54,267 nucleotides of DNA, taken from a virus. Its lineage: Duplodnaviria; Heunggongvirae; Uroviricota; Caudoviricetes. Below the pieces are notes generated by a model. The model saw only the letters and a list, made by a program, of their open reading frames with translations, searched no databases and had not been told where the DNA came from. The DNA is taken from the IMG/VR virus record IMGVR_UViG_3300042691_036629, positions 117,500 through 171,766 of that record, one strand, 5' to 3'. This document shows, in pieces, positions 26,962 through 36,396 of this stretch. Positions within the stretch are counted from its first letter, which is position 1. Each line of letters starts with the position of its first letter. Made by a program: the position numbers and the translations under genes.

Positions 26962-27501
26962 TTATTTTATTCCTAATTTTTCCAACTTATCATCTCGCTC
27001 TGATTTTTTATCTATATACCCATCCCAATTTTTAAACTTATCACTAATATTTTTATCTCTTAGTTTATCCTCATATATAGATTCTATTTCACGTTTAATT
27101 CTATTTCTTAGAGATTCTATATCACCATAATAATCAACTTTACTGATTTTTATCAACGCAAATAATTTTTGTTCATAGATAGTTATGTAATTACCTTTTT
27201 TATAACACCAAAAGTAACCAAGATCTGAATAGTATATTTTTTTAAATCTGAGCGTAATTAATCCAAATGGTGGTGTGATTAAATCAAATGGACTACTAAT
27301 TTTATTTAAGTCGATTAAATTTGAAATAGCTCCTATAATAGTAGATATTAAACTAATTGCTACTTCTACTAAAAGAAGTAGTAATGTAAATCCAATAGTA
27401 GCACCAATTGGTGTTGAAGTTTCTCTAGCCATTAAGTTAGCCAGATAAATTGTTACAATGAAAACTACAACATTTATTAATAAATATATTTTTCTTTTCA
27501 T
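26962..27501 (-). CDS. C-tag membrane protein
   Basis: Two N-terminal TM helices; ends RDDKLEKLGIK. Confidence 0.75.
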   Translation of the reverse strand: MKRKIYLLINVVVFIVTIYLANLMARETSTPIGATIGFTLLLLLVEVAISLISTIIGAISNLIDLNKISSPFDLITPPFGLITLRFKKIYYSDLGYFWCYKKGNYITIYEQKLFALIKISKVDYYGDIESLRNRIKREIESIYEDKLRDKNISDKFKNWDGYIDKKSERDDKLEKLGIK

Positions 27502-27502
27502 T

Positions 27503-28021
27503 TTATGCTAATAATGATTTTAATGCTAAATCTCTTAAATCTGATCTAAGTTGACCTTGATTAAACTTAATATCAATAGTGTCTCCTTTTATCTTGAAAG
27601 ACATAGGTTTTTTTGTACCATCTGTATTTCTTTTCCAATATCCTCGACCACGAAAAACAGTCACATTATAATTATTAATTTCAATACCAAGTGTCATTGT
27701 TGTAACAATTAGATTTGGTTTAGAAGTTATAACTATATGATATTTACTATCCAAATCAACTGACTTGGCCCATTTTTTATAGTTGTTTATATGGTTTGAA
27801 ATAACATAGTTATACTCTTCAGTATTGAAATATGTTATAAGTTCTTGTTTAACTCTTTCCTCATTACATTCGGAAACCTTTATTAAATTAATAACTCCTT
27901 TTCTGAAACCAAGTGTATTAGTTTCAGACTCACTGTTATGAATTTCTTTTGCTAATTTTGAAACCAATAACCAATCTGGTGTTTCTTTTGATAATTCTAA
28001 TTGAATCAATTCTTTACTCAT
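27503..28021 (-). CDS. C-tag hypothetical protein
   Basis: Ends RDLALKSLLA. Confidence 0.75.
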   Translation of the reverse strand: MSKELIQLELSKETPDWLLVSKLAKEIHNSESETNTLGFRKGVINLIKVSECNEERVKQELITYFNTEEYNYVISNHINNYKKWAKSVDLDSKYHIVITSKPNLIVTTMTLGIEINNYNVTVFRGRGYWKRNTDGTKKPMSFKIKGDTIDIKFNQGQLRSDLRDLALKSLLA

Positions 28022-28257
28022 ATTCCTAGTTTATTTAATACTAATTCTCTAAATAACGATTTGAACTTTCGATAGTGTATTGATCCACTTCGAAAATAAA
28101 CAGCTGGTGGTTCAAAAGTATATAAACTATCATTATCAATTAAATAATAACGAGTTTTCCCATCCGCGACAACCTTTATAAAGTCTCCACTTTCAACTGA
28201 TTTAACGTTCAATTTACTATCAGGGTATAACTCTTCAAGTGTTTTTTTCAAATCCAT
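28018..28257 (-). CDS. C-tag hypothetical protein
   Basis: Ends RELVLNKLGI; TATATTTG at 28263-28270. Confidence 0.75.
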   Translation of the reverse strand: MDLKKTLEELYPDSKLNVKSVESGDFIKVVADGKTRYYLIDNDSLYTFEPPAVYFRSGSIHYRKFKSLFRELVLNKLGI

Positions 28258-28275
28258 ATTTACAAATATAATAAA

Positions 28276-28698
28276 TTATTTCGGTAAAACCTTATGTTGA
28301 TCACACTCAATTACCTCACCAGTTTCCAACTCTACTAAATATTCGTTTAACCACAATCCTTTCTTAACTTCTTTTACAATACCATCAACTCGTCTGTTCT
28401 TGCTAACACCGATTACTCCTTTTATAAAAACTCTCACTTCATCATCAACATTAAACTTCTTATGAGTTATCTCTGCTGGATGTTTAAGTAACCATTCTTT
28501 TAGATTGTATCTATCTCCTTCCCACTCATCTTCTTCTTCATCATAACCCCAAGGTTGGATAATGAAATCTTCATATGGTTGAAACTTTTCTAAATTATCA
28601 TTACAGGTTGAACACATCATATGTTGTCTATGTGATCCAACTTGCTCACCTTCTTTGTTGAGTATTCTATACTCTATTACGTTTGCTGATGTAGCCAT
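28276..28698 (-). CDS. Hypothetical protein with SH3-like C-terminal domain
   Basis: KFNVDDEVRV...GIVKEV; TATCTTTG at 28712-28719. Confidence 0.7.
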   Translation of the reverse strand: MATSANVIEYRILNKEGEQVGSHRQHMMCSTCNDNLEKFQPYEDFIIQPWGYDEEEDEWEGDRYNLKEWLLKHPAEITHKKFNVDDEVRVFIKGVIGVSKNRRVDGIVKEVKKGLWLNEYLVELETGEVIECDQHKVLPK

Positions 28699-28767
28699 AT
28701 TTTATTTTTTACAAAGATAAAAACTTTTATTGAAAAGTTAAATAGAATTATAAATTAAAAAATATTT

Positions 28768-28944
28768 ATGGAAGACGGACCAATGATGGAAAGACCATCT
28801 TACAGATGGGAAAACAAAGAATACTTATTAGAAGTATTTATGAAACAATTAGGTATCACAGAAGATCAATTAGAAAATGAACCTTCTTGGATCAAAGCTA
28901 AAGTTAGAGAAGCTAATATTGATAAAGTGTTAGATAATAACTAA
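28768..28944 (+). CDS. C-tag small protein on + strand (not in ORF track)
   Basis: MEDGPMMERP...; ends REANIDKVLDNN. Confidence 0.7.
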   Translation: MEDGPMMERPSYRWENKEYLLEVFMKQLGITEDQLENEPSWIKAKVREANIDKVLDNN

Positions 28945-28949
28945 AAAGA

Positions 28950-28980
28950 AAAAGGGATTGTGAAAACAATCCCTTTTTTT
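28950..28980. terminator. Bidirectional intrinsic terminator
   Basis: AAAAGGGATTGT-GAAA-ACAATCCCTTTT between convergent genes. Confidence 0.85.
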
Positions 28981-29137
28981 ATTCTTTCAATAGTTGTCTA
29001 AAAACAACTTCTGTTCCTCCATTTTCAACATCCGGTCTGATAAAAACAAGATATTTATCATTGTTGATGTTAATTTCTTGTCTAAATCCAACCTTATTAT
29101 CTTTTATGACTTCGTAGATTTTATCAAATTCGCTCAT
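28979..29137 (-). CDS. 52-aa hypothetical protein (not in ORF track)
   Basis: MSEFDKIYEVIK...; ATGA overlap with upstream gene. Confidence 0.6.
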   Translation of the reverse strand: MSEFDKIYEVIKDNKVGFRQEININNDKYLVFIRPDVENGGTEVVFRQLLKE

Positions 29138-29367
29138 AATCCTAATTCTTTTAATCTTTCTTCTCTAATAAATGGCATCAAACATTTATCTAAATATTCA
29201 TTAATATCGTTGTTCATTTGATCTCTTGTTTGTTGTGTATTATATTCCCAAACATATCTAGCAACAATTTCACTTATATCTTTTATTATACAATCTTTTG
29301 CTATATCGCCTAAGTTAGAAAGTTTTTCTATCTTCTCTATGGTTTCATTTGTTAATTCTATATTCAT
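29134..29367 (-). CDS. C-tag hypothetical protein
   Basis: Ends REERLKELGL. Confidence 0.75.
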   Translation of the reverse strand: MNIELTNETIEKIEKLSNLGDIAKDCIIKDISEIVARYVWEYNTQQTRDQMNNDINEYLDKCLMPFIREERLKELGL

Positions 29368-29726
29368 CGAATTTTATATTTATTAAATACTTCTAAGTTG
29401 TTTGGTTCTAAAATGAATTGTAATATATTCTCACATTGTTGTATGTTTTCTGCTTTGAACCTTACTAAAATTCCACTTTTGTTGGTTTCGTATGGATCAA
29501 ATGAATTTATCATAAATATCTTATCTTTCGGATAAAATGTTGCTGTCGCCATTTCTCTTGAATTATCTTTATCGTGTAATCCAATATTATATAAAAATCT
29601 ATCATCTTGTTCAGACTTTTCATTTAAGAGTTTACTTAATCTAATATCTCTTAAATCTTGTAAACTAACTTCCCAACCGTAGTGGTCTGTTACATTCCAT
29701 GTGTATAAGTTTCCTTTGTAATCCAT
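29364..29726 (-). CDS. Hypothetical protein with internal tag-like motif
   Basis: LRDIRLSKLL at about aa 25-34. Confidence 0.7.
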   Translation of the reverse strand: MDYKGNLYTWNVTDHYGWEVSLQDLRDIRLSKLLNEKSEQDDRFLYNIGLHDKDNSREMATATFYPKDKIFMINSFDPYETNKSGILVRFKAENIQQCENILQFILEPNNLEVFNKYKIR

Positions 29727-30184
29727 TATATTCCTATTTCGTTTAACCTCTTATCTCTTAAATATTGTTTAAATCTATCTGGTTTAAATTGAACAATAAA
29801 TCTACTACCTTGATAAACTATGTATTCTTCTTCGGTGTGAAGAGATGGGTAGGATAAATTACCTCGATTAAAATAAATTGTACTATATTTATCAATATAC
29901 TTTATTCCACCAAATATTTCAATAAAAGTCTTTTCAATTTCATTCACTCTCATTGGTAAATAAGATTTCATATCAAAATCTTTATGAAACATTGAGTTAT
30001 TTACTAAGTAATCTTTAATTTCTTTTTCGGTATTTTTATATTCTTCTTTACTAAATAAACTACTTCTGAAATTAAAATTTACTTTGATAGTTTCATCGTT
30101 CATTTCGATGACTTTATAGTCCTCAACTTGTTTGATCCTATCAATTATGTTAACCCACTCGTTTAATAATATTTTTAAGTTCAT
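29726..30184 (-). CDS. C-tag hypothetical protein
   Basis: Ends RDKRLNEIGI. Confidence 0.75.
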   Translation of the reverse strand: MNLKILLNEWVNIIDRIKQVEDYKVIEMNDETIKVNFNFRSSLFSKEEYKNTEKEIKDYLVNNSMFHKDFDMKSYLPMRVNEIEKTFIEIFGGIKYIDKYSTIYFNRGNLSYPSLHTEEEYIVYQGSRFIVQFKPDRFKQYLRDKRLNEIGI

Positions 30185-30441
30185 ATACCTAATCCTGTTA
30201 TTTTTTTATCTCTCATTTCACTTAAAGTAACAAAGTCTTCTTTAGGAAAAGGCATGTAACACCAAACAAATCTAATATACGAATAATCAGATGAATTATC
30301 TTTTTCTACTAATCTCTTATAGGATTTACCTTCTTCAACTTCGAAATTTCCCCAATCAACATGTAATATAGATTTTGTTTTGAGACAAATTACATCTTCC
30401 ACTTTATCCGTATTTCTAGTCATTTTCATTGAATTGCTCAT
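30181..30441 (-). CDS. C-tag protein, KxIC-family-like
   Basis: DVICLK...EEGKSY; ends RDKKITGLGI. Confidence 0.75.
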   Translation of the reverse strand: MSNSMKMTRNTDKVEDVICLKTKSILHVDWGNFEVEEGKSYKRLVEKDNSSDYSYIRFVWCYMPFPKEDFVTLSEMRDKKITGLGI

Positions 30442-30959
30442 ATACCTAATTCTTTTAATTTATCGTCTCTTAGTTGTCTTTTTGTATAAAAATATTTTCC
30501 GTACTTTAACCAATTTATGTTAAATAACATACCAAGATGATCATCTTTATCACTTAAAGTTACATAGTAAAATTCATCATTCATACCTTTCTTGATATTA
30601 TAAATTTTATAACTTTTATCTTTAATTTTATTTTTAAAATTTTGAGTACCACTATAATACATCGAACTAATTAGTAACAAATCTAATGTTTTATATGGTA
30701 TATTTTCGACCATGTATATTTCATCATCATAATCTGGTATTCTCAAGTATTCTCTAGTTTCACTTTCTGAAATACTCATTGATAATTTATCTAAGATTGC
30801 TCTGATACTTAGAATTAGAATGAGTAGTATAACTACTGTAATAGTATATTCTTTTGAATTATTTATAACAAATAAAATAGGAGTAAATGAGGCTAAGAGT
30901 ACTAAAACTCTACTCACTGATCGAATTTTATATTGAATTAAAATATTTGTTATTCTCAT
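30438..30959 (-). CDS. C-tag membrane protein
   Basis: Two TM helices; ends RDDKLKELGI. Confidence 0.75.
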   Translation of the reverse strand: MRITNILIQYKIRSVSRVLVLLASFTPILFVINNSKEYTITVVILLILILSIRAILDKLSMSISESETREYLRIPDYDDEIYMVENIPYKTLDLLLISSMYYSGTQNFKNKIKDKSYKIYNIKKGMNDEFYYVTLSDKDDHLGMLFNINWLKYGKYFYTKRQLRDDKLKELGI

Positions 30960-30975
30960 ATTTAATATATACTAT

Positions 30976-31251
30976 ATGAAAGAATTATTATCAAGTTTAG
31001 CCGATAAAATCGGTAATTCATTTTCCAATAATGAAAAAGGTTGGTCAGCTAGAAAATTGACAGCTTTCATAATAACTGTTATTGTTGTCTTTGCTCACAT
31101 TAAATGGTTATCATCTTGTTATAAAAACGGTGATTTTGGTTTACTACCAGAAATACTAATAATCGACTTCTCTACTATATTATCTTTATTAGGTCTAACA
31201 ACTTGGGAAAGAGTTAAAAACCGAAAAGATGATAAAAACAAAAATGAATAA
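30976..31251 (+). CDS. Two-TM protein, holin-like topology
   Basis: SARKLTAFII...; two hydrophobic helices and charged C-terminus; TAATATATA 4 nt before ATG. Confidence 0.65.
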   Translation: MKELLSSLADKIGNSFSNNEKGWSARKLTAFIITVIVVFAHIKWLSSCYKNGDFGLLPEILIIDFSTILSLLGLTTWERVKNRKDDKNKNE

Positions 31252-31252
31252 T

Positions 31253-31408
31253 TTATTTCTGAAAAAATCTCATTTTTTCATTAAGTTCACTAATTAAATT
31301 TAAAGGTGGTAATTGACCAATTTCCTTAAATTGTCTAATTGTTCTTTGTAAGTATTCAATTCTATTGATTAATTCTTTATCATCAATCTTAACCATATCT
31401 TTTGCCAT
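31253..31408 (-). CDS. 51-aa hypothetical protein (not in ORF track)
   Basis: MAKDMVKIDDKELI... Confidence 0.5.
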   Translation of the reverse strand: MAKDMVKIDDKELINRIEYLQRTIRQFKEIGQLPPLNLISELNEKMRFFQK

Positions 31409-31462
31409 AATTCAATTTTTAATAAAGATAATAAAAATTTAAAAAAATTCATAATAATTTTC

Positions 31463-31738
31463 TTATCTTAAATAAAAATTCTTGAAGTTTAATACTCTTG
31501 ATTCATAAACAGAAGAAGTATCAATACCACTTTGTTTTAATTTATCTAAACACTGATTTAAATAATATTCAGATGGACTACCCACTCTAATGAAGTGTAT
31601 AGCTGTCCACTTATCACCTTGTGGTTTAAATAAATCTTCTGGTAAATCTGAATTCTCAATCAAATCAGCAATTTTCTTCTTTCTAGGTATTAGAGGTTCA
31701 CCTACCGGAACATCATATGGTTTTATTTTTCTTTCCAT
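31463..31738 (-). CDS. Hypothetical protein
   Basis: TTATATATA variant 4 nt before ATG. Confidence 0.65.
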   Translation of the reverse strand: MERKIKPYDVPVGEPLIPRKKKIADLIENSDLPEDLFKPQGDKWTAIHFIRVGSPSEYYLNQCLDKLKQSGIDTSSVYESRVLNFKNFYLR

Positions 31739-31756
31739 AGAGTATATATAAAATAA

Positions 31757-31782
31757 AAAAAGAGAGTTTTTAACTCTCTTTT
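31757..31782 (-). terminator. Intrinsic terminator hairpin
   Basis: AAAAGAGAG-TTTTTAA-CTCTCTTTT; near-copy of 34279-34305. Confidence 0.65.
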
Positions 31783-32000
31783 AACATTCCAAATAATTGA
31801 TCTTTTAAGTTTAATCTCTTTTTTCTTAAAGAATTTAATTCATCATTAGTGTAAATTTCATTAGCCTCAAGTCTATGAATGTCTTTATCTACTTGGTGAT
31901 AGTCGTCAAATAATTTTCTAAAATGATTATTTGTAGTTTTTAAAACATGAATTTTTTCATCATATTCAACAAACTCATGGTGTAAATCGTGTTTTTCCAT
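31770..32000 (-). CDS. YdcH/DUF465 family protein
   Basis: HDLHHEF...HFRKLFDDYHQVDKDIHRLE...LRKKRLNLKDQL. Confidence 0.8.
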   Translation of the reverse strand: MEKHDLHHEFVEYDEKIHVLKTTNNHFRKLFDDYHQVDKDIHRLEANEIYTNDELNSLRKKRLNLKDQLFGMLKES

Positions 32001-32055
32001 AATAAATTATATTTTTAATTTATATAAAAGATATAGGCTAATGTTTAATTTCGAG

Positions 32056-32709
32056 TTATATTCCTATTTTATTTAATTTAATATCTCTTAATTCAGATTT
32101 TGTATAATAATTTTCTCTACTGAAGAATTCCTTCATAGTTGTTTCTGATACAAATTTATCAAGGTGTGATGTGTCCCATGATCCATTTCTATTTGTTTTT
32201 ACTCTAAGTATTTTAGAGTATGACGTGTGATAATATTTAGTATCACCATCTTCTTCAATTTCACTGATTTTATAATCATTATAAATAGTATCCTTTAGAA
32301 CCTGGCTAAGTTCTAAATTAATATCACTTTCATTAACAAAGCAAGATATTAAAACAATAGCAAAAGCAATATAAGCAAATACCATTGTTGTTATACCAAG
32401 TTCACTCCATTCAACACTCTTTATAAAAAACTCTCCTTTATCTTCAAATAGCCTTTGTTCAGTATCATAAACTAAAGCATCTTTATAATAAGTAAGATCA
32501 TAAAAATGAATTCCATTATCAATAAAGTGTTTATCTACTCTATAAAAACAGACGGACTTATCCATTGAAGTTCCTAATGAGTAAAGTAAAATACCAACAG
32601 TTAGTATTATAAACTTAACTTTATTCAAAGCGATTAAGTTTTTAATGTAGTTTATCCAAAATCTAATTAAGTTTTGTTTAGTCATTTTTATCGTATTTCC
32701 ATTTAACAA
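32056..32709 (-). CDS. C-tag membrane protein, paralogue of 37271..37870
   Basis: Two TM helices; ends RDIKLNKIGI. Confidence 0.75.
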   Translation of the reverse strand: MLNGNTIKMTKQNLIRFWINYIKNLIALNKVKFIILTVGILLYSLGTSMDKSVCFYRVDKHFIDNGIHFYDLTYYKDALVYDTEQRLFEDKGEFFIKSVEWSELGITTMVFAYIAFAIVLISCFVNESDINLELSQVLKDTIYNDYKISEIEEDGDTKYYHTSYSKILRVKTNRNGSWDTSHLDKFVSETTMKEFFSRENYYTKSELRDIKLNKIGI

Positions 32710-32813
32710 TATTAACCCAAATAGCTGAACCAGTTATCGGTTCTCTCCACTCTGTACAATTCTCAGATTTACAGGCACATCTATAACAATAGTGTTTATC
32801 ACCTTTAGAATCA

Positions 32814-32930
32814 ATGGCAAAAGCAAGAAAAGAGGGTAAACCTAAAAGAAATAGAAAAAATTTAGTTAAGACACATAAAAGACTTCAAAATAATTACGAA
32901 TTATTAAAAAAATATGAAACCATCCAATAA
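32814..32930 (+). CDS. 38-aa basic peptide (not in ORF track)
   Basis: MAKARKEGKPKRNRKNLVKTHKRLQNNYELLKKYETIQ. Confidence 0.55.
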   Translation: MAKARKEGKPKRNRKNLVKTHKRLQNNYELLKKYETIQ

Positions 32931-32975
32931 AAGATGGTTTTTTTTATTATATTTGTATAAATAAAAGTCAACACT

Positions 32976-33176
32976 ATGAACGGAACAAAAAATGTAGTAG
33001 CTATCGAAAATGCTACAAAGTCAATTGAAACATTGACAAGTCTTTTTAAGTCTAAAAGAATTTCATATGAGGAATTTGTAAAAGGCATTAATCAAAATTT
33101 ATCTGATATGTCGAGTAAACGAGACTACATTCAATATCTAAAGAATATTGGATTTTATGATAAATTAGTTAAATAA
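32976..33176 (+). CDS. Hypothetical protein
   Basis: TATATTTG at 32948-32955; terminator directly after stop. Confidence 0.7.
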   Translation: MNGTKNVVAIENATKSIETLTSLFKSKRISYEEFVKGINQNLSDMSSKRDYIQYLKNIGFYDKLVK

Positions 33177-33205
33177 AAAAAACCCTCTTAATGAGGGTTT
33201 TTTTT
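33175..33205. terminator. Bidirectional intrinsic terminator
   Basis: AAAAAAACCCTC-TTAAT-GAGGGTTTTTTT between convergent genes. Confidence 0.85.
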
Positions 33206-33821
33206 ATTTTGTTTTTCTATAAAAAATTAGATCATCAATATGATTAAACTCTAATTCATTAAACTTTTCAATCAATTCCGGACTACCATACTCCATAACA
33301 CGATATTGATCTAAACCAAATATAAACCCACCAACTGGTATCTCAGTTATTATTTTATCAAAAAAACTCATTAACTTATTAGAAATTTTAAATGGTGTGA
33401 AAAACCAAATAAAATTAGTATTAGAATAATCATAACTCATAATATCATCATGAATTAAATTCAAATTGTTATCCCAATATGAAAGTAATTCACTTTTTAA
33501 TGAATTAACATACTCATCACATTTTTCAATTCCAGTGAATGTGAATTGTCTATTATTAAATTCTTTTGATTGTAAATAAAGATCGTATAATACTGTTCCA
33601 AAACCAACACCACAATCACAAGCATTAACTTCACTTGGAAGTAAACCTGCTTCTTCTAATCGTTTTAGTAAAAAAATGTTTCTTTCTATGTTGGATTCAA
33701 CATATTGCCACTCACCATCTGAGTCGAATTTATCTAAATCAACTTTTACTGATGATTTTAAATATTGTACTTTATTAAAGTACTCCACTAAAAGTGGATT
33801 TGGTTCAATTATTTCAGTCAT
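33204..33821 (-). CDS. Class I SAM-dependent methyltransferase
   Basis: ACDCGVGFG (motif I), FTGIE (motif II), IHDDI, WFFTPF. Confidence 0.8.
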   Translation of the reverse strand: MTEIIEPNPLLVEYFNKVQYLKSSVKVDLDKFDSDGEWQYVESNIERNIFLLKRLEEAGLLPSEVNACDCGVGFGTVLYDLYLQSKEFNNRQFTFTGIEKCDEYVNSLKSELLSYWDNNLNLIHDDIMSYDYSNTNFIWFFTPFKISNKLMSFFDKIITEIPVGGFIFGLDQYRVMEYGSPELIEKFNELEFNHIDDLIFYRKTK

Positions 33822-33850
33822 ATTAGTTATATGACCTACTACAAATTTGT

Positions 33851-34009
33851 TTATTCTTTTTCAGTAAATGCCCATAATATACAATAGGTGAAAAACCACC
33901 CAGTTAAAACAAATCCAATTCTCCATATAATCGGATCAACACCAGACCATTCTCCTAATCCTTCACAGACACCACCAATATAACCTTCTTTCCTTTTAAA
34001 CTTTTTCAT
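33851..34009 (-). CDS. pspC: PspC-domain membrane protein (start re-called at ATG 34009)
   Basis: YIGGVCEGLGEWSGVDPIIWRIGFV...Y.ILW. Confidence 0.8.
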   Translation of the reverse strand: MKKFKRKEGYIGGVCEGLGEWSGVDPIIWRIGFVLTGWFFTYCILWAFTEKE

Positions 34010-34047
34010 ATCAAATATATATTTAATTACAAATATACCTATTAAAA

Positions 34048-34278
34048 ATGAAATTAACGTCAATTAAAAAAAATAAAAAATACATAGTTAAGTATATTGA
34101 AGACTCAAATTTTAAAGTAAACATAATAGAATTTGGAATTTTCCCAAATCAAATAGTAAAATTTGTTTATAAAGCTCCATTTGGCGGACCAATAGCAATA
34201 CTCACTGGTGATCTACAAGGAAATGTTATAGCAATAAGTAGAAGAGAAGCTGATTTGGTTATCGTTGAAGAGATATAA
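34048..34278 (+). CDS. feoA: FeoA family protein
   Basis: IIEFGIFPNQIVKFVYKAPFGGPIAI...IAISRREA..VIVE. Confidence 0.8.
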   Translation: MKLTSIKKNKKYIVKYIEDSNFKVNIIEFGIFPNQIVKFVYKAPFGGPIAILTGDLQGNVIAISRREADLVIVEEI

Positions 34279-34305
34279 AAAAAGAGAGCTTTTAACTCTC
34301 TTTTT
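34279..34305. terminator. Bidirectional intrinsic terminator
   Basis: AAAAAGAGAG-CTTTTAA-CTCTCTTTTT between convergent genes. Confidence 0.75.
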
Positions 34306-34306
34306 A

Positions 34307-35500
34307 TTAATCTTCATCATCCCAATCTTCATCATCATCACCATCAGCAGACCATATGATTTCACGAGAACCTTCAAATCTTCTATTACTAATTTTACCA
34401 GTATTTCTATCCCAGTTTCTCATGTTATCAACCGATGGATAAGCACGGTATCCTTCTGGTTTAACTTTAGTGTGAGCAACATATGTTCTACCACCATCAT
34501 AGATGTAATGCCATCCTTTAGATCTAGCATATTCTCTAAAAACAGCATTATCTGAATCAGCACTTGTATATATACAATCCATTAAAACACCACCATCATC
34601 TAATGTCCAAAGAAGTGCTCTACCAATTATTTTATCAGGATTATCTAATGATTTTAAAATAAGTAGTTTAACTGTATCTGGATTATCAATATAGATTTCT
34701 AACCAATCTCTTCTACCAACTGCTTGGCAAGAACCACCTAAGTTTCCTCTATTTGGGAACTCATAGTTTTCTCTTTTATACCAGTAAAGAAGATCTTCAC
34801 CATCAACGATTTCAAATCTTGAGAAAACATCATTCATTACCGCGATAACACCTCTAAACTCATTTACAAATGTTTCTAATTGAGCATCGTTAAATCTTAA
34901 ACCTTTAGCATTTAAAAGAGCTCTGATTGCTCTACCAATTCTAATAGTTTGTCTTGATGAAGTGAAGACTTTCTTTTTTAATTCTTCATGAGCGTTAGCC
35001 AATCTTTCTTGACTATAAACACCTTCACCATTTTCAAACTTAACATAACACCAAGTTTTATTTGTTCTTGGAGAAGTCCATTTTGATATAACTTCACCAT
35101 ATTCAGTAGCTTGTGGATGATAAACTGGAGTATCAACAACCGGTTCATAACCCATTCTTCTAAAGATATTAAGGTTTCCAGCAGTATTTGTTAACCAATT
35201 ACCTCTACGACCAGTCCATCTAACCATCTCTTTGTCTAATCTAATAATAGCTTGAGCTGTTCTATCGTTAGTAAATGATAGTTCATTATCGTTATCAATT
35301 AAGATATCAAAGAAGTTAGATACAACATCTAAGTCTTCATTCTCAATTTCTAATAAGGCTTTAGCAACCTCGTTATCAGGTAGTCTTTGTAAAGCCTTTT
35401 TAAACTTAGGTGAGTAAGCAACAATTGACTCTAAAAGAAGTAAACTTTCAACTAAAAGTTTTTCTGATAAGAAATATTTGTAGTTTAATATATTCTTCAT
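34307..35500 (-). CDS. N-tag protein, paralogue of 38127..39374
   Basis: MKNILNYKYFLSE; shared IRIGR..R.LL, WYKRENY, G.L..SC, GRA.LW, MD.IYT; TAATATATA 5 nt before ATG. Confidence 0.85.
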   Translation of the reverse strand: MKNILNYKYFLSEKLLVESLLLLESIVAYSPKFKKALQRLPDNEVAKALLEIENEDLDVVSNFFDILIDNDNELSFTNDRTAQAIIRLDKEMVRWTGRRGNWLTNTAGNLNIFRRMGYEPVVDTPVYHPQATEYGEVISKWTSPRTNKTWCYVKFENGEGVYSQERLANAHEELKKKVFTSSRQTIRIGRAIRALLNAKGLRFNDAQLETFVNEFRGVIAVMNDVFSRFEIVDGEDLLYWYKRENYEFPNRGNLGGSCQAVGRRDWLEIYIDNPDTVKLLILKSLDNPDKIIGRALLWTLDDGGVLMDCIYTSADSDNAVFREYARSKGWHYIYDGGRTYVAHTKVKPEGYRAYPSVDNMRNWDRNTGKISNRRFEGSREIIWSADGDDDEDWDDED

Positions 35501-35563
35501 AATTTTATATATTATTTTTAATTTCTCAAAAAAACTATTATATTTGTATCTATATAAAAAAAT

Positions 35564-35653
35564 ATGAACGAATATAAGCTTGTTACTGAAAAACTACCCG
35601 AAAAGGGCAAAGATGTTATTGCCATAGTGTTTTTTTTTATTTTTATATATTAA
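35564..35653 (+). pseudogene. Truncated remnant (DUF551-like start)
   Basis: TATATTTG at 35539-35546, then MNEYKLVTEKLPEKGKDVIAI, which runs into a T-tract. Confidence 0.4.
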
Positions 35654-35670
35654 AAAATAATATATAATTT

Positions 35671-35850
35671 ATGGAAAATATTTATACATGGGAAGAATTT
35701 AACGAGTCTTATAACAAACCAAGAGCTGGTGGTAAAAAAAGATGGTCTGTAAAATACAAAAAATCTATTGACTGTAATAACCCTAAAGGTTTTAGTCAGA
35801 AACAATATTGTAAGAGAAAAAGAAAAGGTGGTAAATACAAGAATAATTAA
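35671..35850 (+). CDS. 59-aa basic N-tag protein (not in ORF track)
   Basis: MENIYTWEEFNES...WSVKYKKSIDCNNPKGFSQKQYC; TAATATATA 4 nt before ATG. Confidence 0.8.
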   Translation: MENIYTWEEFNESYNKPRAGGKKRWSVKYKKSIDCNNPKGFSQKQYCKRKRKGGKYKNN

Positions 35851-35876
35851 AAAAAGAGGCTAAAGCCTCTTTTTTT
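35851..35876. terminator. Bidirectional intrinsic terminator
   Basis: AAAAAGAGGC-TAAA-GCCTCTTTTT between convergent genes. Confidence 0.85.
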
Positions 35877-36114
35877 AAATAGTAATTTTATTTTTTGCTT
35901 TATATCCGATTGTCTTACCGGTATAGATTGGATCTTTAAATTGATTATATCCTTGATCATACAAAGTCATTCTTTCTCTACCAAGTTGGCACATAATAGA
36001 ACCCTCACTACGACCAAGAGCTTTACATAGGAATTGAATATCCTCAGCATTATTTAAAATTGATGCTCTTAATAAAGCAATTTCGTTTTCAGTCCAGTTT
36101 TTTCTAGTTTTCAT
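35875..36114 (-). CDS. Small protein with Myb/SANT-like HTH pattern
   Basis: RKNWTENEIALLR...LCKALGRSEGSI. Confidence 0.65.
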   Translation of the reverse strand: MKTRKNWTENEIALLRASILNNAEDIQFLCKALGRSEGSIMCQLGRERMTLYDQGYNQFKDPIYTGKTIGYKAKNKITI

Positions 36115-36140
36115 AATTTTAAATTATTAGTTAATATTTG

Positions 36141-36171
36141 CAAATATAAGAATAAAAATTGAAAAAACAAA
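36141..36171 (-). promoter_or_regulatory. Bacteroidota sigma-A-type promoter
   Basis: TTTG-N19-TATATTTG. Confidence 0.8.
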
Positions 36172-36172
36172 A

Positions 36173-36346
36173 TTATTCTTCAGTTTCTTCTATTTTTTTC
36201 GGTGGATTCATCCATTTATATCTCTCACCATCTATATAAATATAATGAGAGTGTGAATTAGCCCCTTTTTGCCAAATTTCTTTCTCGCCTTCGTTTGGAT
36301 ATAAAATGAATCCGTTTTCAGTAAATTTAATTTTCCCTTTAATCAT
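36173..36346 (-). CDS. 57-aa hypothetical protein (not in ORF track)
   Basis: MIKGKIKFTENG... Confidence 0.55.
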   Translation of the reverse strand: MIKGKIKFTENGFILYPNEGEKEIWQKGANSHSHYIYIDGERYKWMNPPKKIEETEE

Positions 36347-36396
36347 ATTATACTTTTAATTTTTTTGTATATATAATATGAAAAAAATGATTTTTT

